A stretch of DNA of 64,000 bases from Anaerocolumna sp. (lineage in GTDB: Bacteria > Bacillota > Clostridia > Lachnospirales > Lachnospiraceae): NCBI RefSeq assembly GCF_032079385.1, contig NZ_DAMAUC010000003.1, positions 117,119 through 181,118 of the forward strand, written 5' to 3'. The position numbers and the translations under genes were made by a program. This document shows positions 1 to 7,312 of this stretch, in pieces (position 1 is the stretch's first letter; each line of letters begins with the position of its first letter). The notes under the pieces were generated by a model, which made no database searches, was not told where the DNA came from, and saw only the letters and a program-made list of their open reading frames with translations.

Positions 1-202
1 ATGGTGGAGAAATTCTAAGCGAATAAGATTTACAGGGACAGAGAACAATCAAAGCATATATCGAAATCCCAAAAAACATTTTATTTCATTTTTAAAAGGA
101 ATTTTTGTTTTTTTGATTGTTGCTATGATTGATGGATTGCTATTATCATGCTTTTAACAAATTTCAATTTGTCAATGAACATGAAATTATGGAGTTTTTG
201 TC

Positions 203-508
203 ATGGCTGAAAATTTAAGAATACATTTCATATCAGCTGCACCAAAGCGGGAGAAAAGAGTAGCTGCTTACGCTCGGGTAAGTACAAACGATGCAGAACA
301 ATTAAAAAGCCTGGCTGCACAAGTATCAGCATTTACAAGATTAGTAGCATCTACACCAGGGTGACTATTGGCTGATGTTTACATGGATACAGCGTCTGGT
401 AAAGCTGGCACAGCAAGAAAAGAATTTAGTCGTATGCTTGAAGACTGTAAGGCCCATAAAATGTTGGCAGGCAGTTATAAAAAAGAATACCTTATAGCGA
501 ACTCTTGA
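203..508 (+). pseudogene. Serine recombinase (resolvase/invertase-type catalytic domain) remnant: in-frame TGA plus 3' truncation
   Basis: ATG at 203. MAENLRIHFISAAPKREKRVAAYARVSTNDAEQLKSLAAQV.. carries the YARVST catalytic-Ser motif. TGA 362-364 interrupts TPG*LLADVYMDTASGKAGTARKEFSRMLEDCKAHKM, where this family usually has Trp. The frame diverges after CKAHKM and stops at 506-508, about 100 codons in total. Confidence 0.7.
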
Positions 509-904
509 GGGTGTGCGCTGTAAGGTGTTTTTTATGCTTTTAGGTGTGCAAACAGTGGTATTTAGAAAGTTTAGAAAGTATACAGAGAATTGTTGTAGAT
601 TACTGTTGAAAACGATCTAATAAAAGGATATACTAAATATGGATAATTATGCCTGTAAATCAAAGAAAAATCATTGAATATTCTTGTTTTCCAGAGCAAT
701 GAGTCCGGTTGATTGTGAGACAGTCTACCGGTTAGCATATGCCACCTTACTTTTGCTTAAATACCATTTACTTATTCGGATTGCATTCGTCAAGGGCTTG
801 CTGCGTCAGCAGCGCTTGCATCTTTGATAAATTCAATTTGATTAAGTATTCTATCTAGGGCAAAAGAATAAGAAATAATGTATGGCTCACCTTTGCCGAT
901 ATAG

Positions 905-1298
905 TGGCTCATTTTAACTGGACAGGATAAAGAGGATTTTGCGAGAGCGTTATCGTTTATGTATGCCTTCTTAGAGGAAATCAGCAACGCACTAGGAATC
1001 GAGCGAAATGAAATTGATGGTATTTTGGAACTTAACCTAGAACAGCACAGCTATGATATTTTGATTTATGATAATGTGCCAGGTGGGGGCAGGTCATGTT
1101 AAGCGATTGGTATATCGACAGGCAATTATTAATGCATTAAGAGCTGCTCACAATAAGGCTTCTCAGCAATGCTGTGATGAGAATGCATCATGTTATAGCT
1201 GCTTGAGAAATTATTACAATCAGTCTCACCATAGTAAGCTGCAGCGTAAATATGCAAGAGATTTTATAGAATTATTACTTCGGGAGATTGGAGTATGA
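905..1298 (+). pseudogene. C-terminal remnant of a DUF1998-type (helicase-associated, MrfA/DrmB-like Zn-binding) protein, frameshifted
   Basis: The frame from 905 reads ..EDFARALSFMYAFLEEISNALGIERNEIDGIL..ILIYDNVPGG and then stops. A one-base shift in the G-run 1085-1089 continues as GAGHVKRLVYRQAII..QQCCDENASCYSCLRNYYNQSHHSKLQRKYARDFI (ORF 1068-1298), the Cys-rich tail typical of DUF1998. No helicase core lies upstream. Confidence 0.55.
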
Positions 1299-1515
1299 AG
1301 ATATGTTGAAGGAAGCTTGTGGGATAGAATAGTTCTTATATTAAAACAATTTGATAGAAAGAGTATCTCAATATACACTTCTTCTTTCTAAGGTATGATT
1401 GATGTAAAACGTGTAATAGGCGAGATGCTGGATGATTGCAATTGGTAATGGGGGTTCAATAATAAAGGAAATAAAAAGTACTTATGACGAGGAGTGAGTA
1501 ACATTTTGGAATTTT

Positions 1516-4500
1516 TTGAATTGTTTTTTAAATACAGATAGATATATTGCAAAAAGTGAGTATTGCAATAAAATTTCACAATATGAATCTATTGTTTCTT
1601 TTTTTAAAGTATTAAGCAGTAGTGGTATGATGTCGTCTTATTGTTTAAAGAATGGAATGAATGCATCTGAAGTAGAATCGGATGTGAAAAAGTATTTAAA
1701 TTTTGAAAAATATGTTGATCAACATAATGATGATTACATTAATAGAACTTTGAATGTAGAAAAAGACTATTTAGATAATATATTAAAGACGATGGATCCA
1801 AAGATTTTACTTGATGATGATCAGCGCCGAGTTATATTAACAGATGAAGATTATTGTTTGGTTATTGCCGGTGCTGGTGCAGGGAAAACAACAACGGTAG
1901 CAGCGAAAGTAAAATACCTTGTAGAAAAAAGAAATATTGATCCTGCTCAGATTTTGGTTGTATCGTTTACAAATAAGGCAGTCAATGAATTAAAAGAAAA
2001 AATAAATGATGACTTGGAGATAAAGTGTCCTATTGCGACATTTCATTCAACAGGAAATGCAATTATACATAAGAATGCTCCGGATGAGAAGCTAAATATC
2101 GCTGAAAATTCGAAATTATATTTTGTTATCAGAGATTATTTCAGAGGCTCTATTATGCAGAATGAAAATGTAGTCAATAAATTGATTATGTTTTTTGCAT
2201 CATACTTTGACGCCCCATATGAAGGTGATGATTTGAATGTGTTCTTCAATCAGATCGCAAAAGCAAACTATTCGACATTGCGCAGTGATTTGGAGGACTT
2301 CAAACGAGAAGTAATTGATACCAGATCTAAGAAATCGGTGACTATACAGAACGAAGTGTTGCGGTCACACCAGGAAGTGGAAATTGCTAATTTTCTTTAT
2401 TTGAATAACATTGATTATGAGTATGAACCAATTTATCAATATAATATTATGTATGCACGAAAACCATATACGCCAGATTTTGTAATTAAGCAGGATGGAA
2501 AAGTGGCATTTATTGAGCATTTTGGAATAACAGAAGACGGTAAAAATGATAGATTTAGTGACAAAGAAGTTGAAGCTTACAAAAAAGCAGTAAATGATAA
2601 AGTTTTATTACATCGTCAGCATGGAACAGCTTTGATATACACTTTTTCAAAATATAAGGATGGAAAACCTCTGCTGAAGCATTTGCAAGAAAAATTGGAA
2701 AATCAAGGTTTTAAATTAAAGCAACGTTCTAACACAGAAGTAATGGAAATGCTGGTTGCTGGAGAAGAAAACAGATATGTTAGAAAGCTAATTAATCTTA
2801 TTTGTAGATTTATCTCTAATTTTAAGGTGAATGGATATACAGCAGATGATTTTAATCGCATGCATCACTCTACGCAAAATGTCCGAACAAGATTATTTTT
2901 GGAAATTTGTAATGATTGTTTCTTGGAATACGAGAAGTATTTGAAAGAAAACAATGCGGTAGATTTTCAAGATATGATAAATGAATCAGCCAGAATATTA
3001 CAGGAAGTAAAAGAAATGAAGCAAAAGCTTGATTTCAAATATGTGATTGTAGATGAATACCAGGATATTTCTCGTCAGCGATTTAATTTGACGAAAGCTT
3101 TATCAGAGGTAACGGATGCAAAAATTATAGCAGTAGGAGATGATTGGCAGTCAATATATGCTTTCAGCGGTTCTGATATTACACTTTTTACAAAATTTGA
3201 AGAGAATATGGGGTATGCCAAACTACTTAAAATTGTAAAGACTTACCGTAACTCACAGGAAGTAATTGATATAGCTGGCAACTTTATTCAGAAAAATACA
3301 GAGCAAATAACAAAAAGATTGGAATCGCCGAAGCAAATTAGTGAACCGGTTATTATATATACTTATGACGGTACATACAAAGGCAAAAGCGGCAATCGAA
3401 AGAGTGGAGTAAATTATGCTACTGCTCACGCGGTTGAAGTAGCATTGGGACAGATTGTAGATTATAGTAAGCTGGAAGGTAGAAAATCAGAATCAATATT
3501 GTTGCTTGGTCGATTCGGTTTTGATGGAGAACAGCTGGAAAGATCAGGATTGTTTGAATATATTAATAGGGGAAGCAAAATCAAGAGCGTTAAATATCCG
3601 GGGCTTGATATTACATTTATGACAGCTCATTCATCGAAAGGGCTTGGGTATGATGAAGTTATTATTGTAAATGGAAAGAATGAAACCTATGGTTTTCCAT
3701 CAAAAATTGAAGATGATCCGGTTCTAGCGTTCGTAATTAAAGGGGATCGATCTATTGATTATGCTGAAGAACGAAGACTTTTTTATGTTGCCATGACAAG
3801 AACGAAGAACCGTGTCTATTTTATTGCGCCTGAACAGAATCCTTCAGAATTTTTATTAGAGCTGAAAAGGGATTATAAGAATATTGTAATTCATGGAAAT
3901 TGGAATGAGGATGAACCCAAAACAATTGGACGGAGAACATGTCCGATTTGTGGTTATCCGCTACAGTTTAAATATAAGAATGCATATGGGTTAAGATTAT
4001 ATATTTGTACAAATGAACCAGAAATATGTGGCTTTATGACGAATGAATATAAAGCTGGAAAACTTTCCATATTGAAATGTGATCAATGTAGGGATGGATA
4101 TTTAATTGTAAAGCCAGCGAAATCAAAAGATTATTTTTTGGGTTGTACAAATTATAAGAAAGATGGAATCGGCTGCAACAATGTAATAAGTAAAAAACAG
4201 TTTTACGATTTGATGGGATATGGGCCGGATCCAATTCAGCCAGTTAAAGAAAAATCCAATTTAGTAGGACAACAGAATGATAATGCGAAAAGAACCTGCA
4301 ATAACGATAAGGCAAAGAAAAAAATGAAAGAGTGTGTTGAACAGAAGCATATTGAAGAGGATAATATTTCAATAAAAAAGGCCGATTTTGAGCCTGTTCT
4401 TTACAATGGAATGGATTTGAATGATATTGTTCACATTGTACTTAGTGCGCTGCAGAATGTTAGTAATGTCCGTTATTATGGAGTAACTATGCTTGCTGAT

Positions 4501-4749
4501 GCATTGACTGGCACAATAACAAAGAAACTGTTTGAGGCTAAATTGAATGCAATACCAGAGTTTGGAAAGTTGAATGCAGTTTCAAAAGATGAATTACATG
4601 CTGTTATTGATTGGTTGATTATGAATAATTTTATACTACAAACAAAAGGTCAATATCCGTTTTTGCATCCAACATATAATGGATTGCACTATGATGAAAA
4701 GATGACTTTAAAACAATTGAAGCAGCTAAAAAGATACCTTGAACAGTAG
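1516..4749 (+). CDS. SF1 UvrD/helicase-IV-like DNA helicase with PD-(D/E)xK-like insert, two topoisomerase-type Zn ribbons and a C-terminal winged-helix domain
   Basis: Walker A AGAGAGKTTT, motif II VDEYQD, motif III GDDWQSIY, TAHSSKGLGYDEV and RRLFYVAMTRTKNRVY. The insert EVEIANFL..YEYE..YTPDF..FIEHFG looks Vsr/DUF559-like. Zn ribbons: CPICGYP..CTNEPEICGF and CDQCRDG..CTNYKKDGIGC. The C-terminus is RQC/HTH_40-like. The ORF opens with TTG at 1516 and the first ATG is at 1627, so the start is uncertain. Confidence 0.85.
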   Translation: MNCFLNTDRYIAKSEYCNKISQYESIVSFFKVLSSSGMMSSYCLKNGMNASEVESDVKKYLNFEKYVDQHNDDYINRTLNVEKDYLDNILKTMDPKILLDDDQRRVILTDEDYCLVIAGAGAGKTTTVAAKVKYLVEKRNIDPAQILVVSFTNKAVNELKEKINDDLEIKCPIATFHSTGNAIIHKNAPDEKLNIAENSKLYFVIRDYFRGSIMQNENVVNKLIMFFASYFDAPYEGDDLNVFFNQIAKANYSTLRSDLEDFKREVIDTRSKKSVTIQNEVLRSHQEVEIANFLYLNNIDYEYEPIYQYNIMYARKPYTPDFVIKQDGKVAFIEHFGITEDGKNDRFSDKEVEAYKKAVNDKVLLHRQHGTALIYTFSKYKDGKPLLKHLQEKLENQGFKLKQRSNTEVMEMLVAGEENRYVRKLINLICRFISNFKVNGYTADDFNRMHHSTQNVRTRLFLEICNDCFLEYEKYLKENNAVDFQDMINESARILQEVKEMKQKLDFKYVIVDEYQDISRQRFNLTKALSEVTDAKIIAVGDDWQSIYAFSGSDITLFTKFEENMGYAKLLKIVKTYRNSQEVIDIAGNFIQKNTEQITKRLESPKQISEPVIIYTYDGTYKGKSGNRKSGVNYATAHAVEVALGQIVDYSKLEGRKSESILLLGRFGFDGEQLERSGLFEYINRGSKIKSVKYPGLDITFMTAHSSKGLGYDEVIIVNGKNETYGFPSKIEDDPVLAFVIKGDRSIDYAEERRLFYVAMTRTKNRVYFIAPEQNPSEFLLELKRDYKNIVIHGNWNEDEPKTIGRRTCPICGYPLQFKYKNAYGLRLYICTNEPEICGFMTNEYKAGKLSILKCDQCRDGYLIVKPAKSKDYFLGCTNYKKDGIGCNNVISKKQFYDLMGYGPDPIQPVKEKSNLVGQQNDNAKRTCNNDKAKKKMKECVEQKHIEEDNISIKKADFEPVLYNGMDLNDIVHIVLSALQNVSNVRYYGVTMLADALTGTITKKLFEAKLNAIPEFGKLNAVSKDELHAVIDWLIMNNFILQTKGQYPFLHPTYNGLHYDEKMTLKQLKQLKRYLEQ

Positions 4750-4784
4750 CTTGCCATTGAAACTGGAGATAAAAGGAGTAGTTG

Positions 4785-5107
4785 ATGGATAAAACAAAGA
4801 GTAGTGCAGAAATAATGAGCATAGATGAATTACTAAATATTGATCTATCGGTGCCTAATTACCAGAAACCATAAAGTGGTCACTTCCAGATGTTAAGGGG
4901 CTAAAGATGGACGAAGAGACTTATTTAAAAGGAATATATAGCAATAATATGGCATTAACTAAAGAGGATAAAGCTAAACTGAATAGTAATTATGATAATT
5001 TTGTAAGATTTATGGAAAAACAAGGCGTGATAGTATTTCAAGAAGGTGTTGCAGATATATTAAAAGAGGAATTATTTCGTGAAATAATGAAGGTACTTCA
5101 AAATTAA
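4785..5107 (+). pseudogene. DUF262 (GmrSD-type N-terminal domain)-like remnant, frameshifted and truncated; includes the 66-aa ORF 4907-5107
   Basis: RBS AAAAGGAG then ATG 4785: MDKTKSSAEIMSIDELLNIDLSVPNYQKP* (stop 4872-4874). Shifting one base at 4871-4874 gives ..KWSLPDVKGLKMDEETYLKGIY.., restoring the DUF262 signature (I/V)PxYQ(R/K)xYxW..L..D. The total is about 107 codons, far shorter than DUF262 proteins. Confidence 0.45.
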
Positions 5108-5138
5108 ATAGTATGTGTTATGAACTAAATTTAAAATT

Positions 5139-5184
5139 AAGGCTTGCACTCCATATATCGCTATGATTTGCAAGCCTGTTTTTT
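5139..5184 (+). terminator. Rho-independent terminator candidate
   Basis: AAGGCTTGCA (5139-5148) pairs with TGCAAGCCT (5169-5177). It is followed by TTTTTTG. Confidence 0.5.
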
Positions 5185-5224
5185 GTTTGAATAAAGCTTA
5201 TTAAAGATAGTTTTTGACAAAATT

Positions 5225-5399
5225 ACTTTTACAAGAACGCCCGATAAAACATGTGTTCCCAAGATGGAAGAATACCCAAATTTTCTCACTTGCCCCTTAG
5301 CTACGAATAAATCAAGTACAGCTTTTTTCCAGCTATCACTTGTGAAAATCTTTGTTATGGTTCTAATTTATATTTATACGGGACTGTCATAGTCAGCAT
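5225..5399 (-). pseudogene. Possible TnpB (IS200/IS605 OrfB) N-terminal remnant
   Basis: The minus-strand frame reads MLTMTVPYKYKLEP*QRFSQVIAGKKLYLIYS*. This resembles the TnpB N-terminal signature YKFRLYPxxxQ..L....G..R.VYN, but it has in-frame stops and no downstream body. Confidence 0.3.
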
Positions 5400-5627
5400 A
5401 TTTTTAATCGTAACATTCTGTAACCTTTTTCAACTCTCTTAATAGTGTAATCTGGGAAAAAATCCGATACTTTATGGTCTATTATTGTGTTCCAATAGTG
5501 GTACCGCCACCTGACATTAGAAAATTTTATAGCACGAAACCATGGAAATTAAGACAGTTCTATGGGACGTAGTAAGAAATAAATATCTGTATTTATAAAA
5601 CCATGAATTTTTTAATAATAAAAAATG

Positions 5628-5656
5628 TTGACAAGAGAATAAAATGGTATTAAAAT
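5628..5656 (+). promoter_or_regulatory. Sigma-A-type promoter candidate for the Nudix gene
   Basis: TTGACA (5628-5633), a 17-nt spacer, then TAAAAT (5651-5656). It lies about 75 nt upstream of ATG 5731. Confidence 0.55.
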
Positions 5657-5730
5657 GATATTATCAATAAAGTACTAACTACAAATAATAATAAATAGTA
5701 AACAACAATTATCAAATCGAGGACAATCCA

Positions 5731-6642
5731 ATGCCAAATAATTTATTAAAAAACAAACAAAATCTCACCGAAGAACAATTCCTAGCAACATATAATCCAA
5801 ACAAATACGAGAGACCTTCCGTAACCGTAGACATGCTAATATTCACAGTAACCGATGAAGAAAAGGAAAACTACCGGAAGCTTCCCGAAAAAGTCTTAAG
5901 GCTTCTAATGATTAAAAGAGGCGACCACCCATACATTGGACAATGGGCTCTTCCGGGCGGATTTGTACACATGGACGAAAGCTTGGATGAAGCCGCTTTA
6001 AGGGAATTAAAAGAGGAAACCAACATTGATAATATATATATGGAGCAGCTTTATACATGGGGAGATGTGGGCAGAGATCCACGTACAAGAGTAATAAGTG
6101 CCTCCTATATGTCCTTGGTTGACAGTTCCACCCTTAATATCAAGGCAAGTGATGATGCAGATGATGCAAAATGGTTCACGGTTTCCTGTAGGTTATATCA
6201 AGAGCAAAAGACAGTAACTGAACAAGGATATATCCTGCAAAAATTGTTCAAATTGAATTTGTCAAACGATGAAAATAACCTTTCAGCAATTGTAAAAACT
6301 ATAAAGACTGTCGAAGGTAAAGTGACAAAAGTAGAAAGAGAAGTAGTTGAATCAAATGGAATTGCTTTTGACCATGCAAAAATTATTGAATATGGGATTG
6401 AAAGGTTACGAAGCAAAATTGAGTACACGGATATAGCATTTAATCTAATGCCGGAATTGTTTACTCTTACGGAATTTCAGAAAGTGTACGAAGTTATACT
6501 TGATACGGAATTGTTAAAAGCAAATTTCAGAAGGAAAACTGCTAACATGGTAATTGAGTCGAATGAATATACCAAGAACGCAGGACATAGGCCTTCCAAG
6601 TTATTCAGGTTTAATCCCAACTGGACTAATATTTCTGAGTAA
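5731..6642 (+). CDS. NrtR-family Nudix hydrolase / ADP-ribose-responsive regulator-like protein
   Basis: Nudix box GGFVHMDESLDEAALRELKEETN. The C-terminal FDHAKIIEYGIERLRSKIEYTDIAFNLMPELFTLTEFQKVYEVIL..NFRRK matches the NrtR-type winged-helix domain. Confidence 0.85.
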   Translation: MPNNLLKNKQNLTEEQFLATYNPNKYERPSVTVDMLIFTVTDEEKENYRKLPEKVLRLLMIKRGDHPYIGQWALPGGFVHMDESLDEAALRELKEETNIDNIYMEQLYTWGDVGRDPRTRVISASYMSLVDSSTLNIKASDDADDAKWFTVSCRLYQEQKTVTEQGYILQKLFKLNLSNDENNLSAIVKTIKTVEGKVTKVEREVVESNGIAFDHAKIIEYGIERLRSKIEYTDIAFNLMPELFTLTEFQKVYEVILDTELLKANFRRKTANMVIESNEYTKNAGHRPSKLFRFNPNWTNISE

Positions 6643-6723
6643 TAAAAAAGATTTGAAAACCCAAAGTGCTGGAATTCATATGGAATGAAAATGTTCAAAA
6701 GATTTAAGGTATGAAATTTTAAC

Positions 6724-6887
6724 GGCATCAGGGAAACCACTCCGCTTCTGTAAGGAGTGGAGATAGGGATTTGCCTGTTTCAGCAGGAGTTCAAGCACTT
6801 CAAGAACCTGCTGAAATGCCACGTAGTGGCAATTAGGTTATGAGCAAGTAGCGTAAGCGGATTGTGAATATCCGCTTTGACTTTATT
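6724..6887 (+). promoter_or_regulatory. Candidate structured 5' leader (three-way junction plus terminator-like hairpin) upstream of ORF 6908
   Basis: P1 is GGCAT (6724-6728) with ATGCC (6816-6820). P2 is CCACTCC (6737-6743) with GGAGTGG (6754-6760). P3 is CAGCAGG (6781-6787) with CCTGCTG (6807-6813). The hairpin GCGGAT (6857-6862) / ATCCGC (6870-6875) follows, then TTTGACTTTATT. I recognised no known riboswitch class. Confidence 0.3.
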
Positions 6888-6907
6888 AACAAGTGAGGTA
6901 AACACAA

Positions 6908-7303
6908 ATGAAACTTTTTAGACCTGTAGGAATAAAAGAACTTGAATTTATAAAACAGTCTGGAATGAAAAAGTTTCCACCAAGACTGCCTGGACAGCCA
7001 TTTTTTAATCCGGTATTTAATGTTGGGCATGCCCGCCAAATTGCAAAGGAATGGAATTCAAAAAGTGCTCCAGAGTTTGTCGGTTTCGTAATGGAATTTG
7101 ATGTTAATGATGATTATATATCAACATTGGAAGTTAAAACTGCAGTCAGTGGCATGCATAAGGAAGTAGGGGTGACCGACGAAGAACTAGATGAGCTTAA
7201 TAGTTATATTATTGGAAACATCAAAGTGATTGAAGAATATTATGATGGAAACTATTATGATGAAAGTTATTATGACGAAAGCTATCAAGACTCAAAAGGT
7301 TAG
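6908..7303 (+). CDS. Small conserved hypothetical protein with Tyr/Asp/Glu-rich tail
   Basis: RBS GTGAGG precedes ATG 6908. MKLFRPVGIKELEFIKQSGMKKFPPRLPGQPFFNPVFNVGHARQIAKEWN resembles a widespread uncharacterised family. The tail is YYDGNYYDESYYDESYQDSKG. Confidence 0.7.
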   Translation: MKLFRPVGIKELEFIKQSGMKKFPPRLPGQPFFNPVFNVGHARQIAKEWNSKSAPEFVGFVMEFDVNDDYISTLEVKTAVSGMHKEVGVTDEELDELNSYIIGNIKVIEEYYDGNYYDESYYDESYQDSKG

Positions 7304-7312
7304 GCACTTACA

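Noticed and set aside
2-157. Open frame entering from the left edge (..GIFVFLIVAMIDGLLLSCF*)
   Set aside because: Only 51 codons are visible with no recognisable motif. I cannot tell a real 3' gene end from chance.
362-364. TGA read as Trp (genetic code 4) or selenocysteine in the recombinase
   Set aside because: Other genes in the window clearly terminate with TGA, for example the response regulator at 31020-31022 and the ABC gene at 33975-33977. The recombinase is also truncated downstream, so a pseudogene is the simpler reading.
6661-6669. Extra copy of the repeat core (CCAAAGTGC) upstream of the structured leader
   Set aside because: It is only a 9-nt exact match. About 0.5 chance occurrences are expected in 128 kb of two-strand sequence, so it is not significant on its own.
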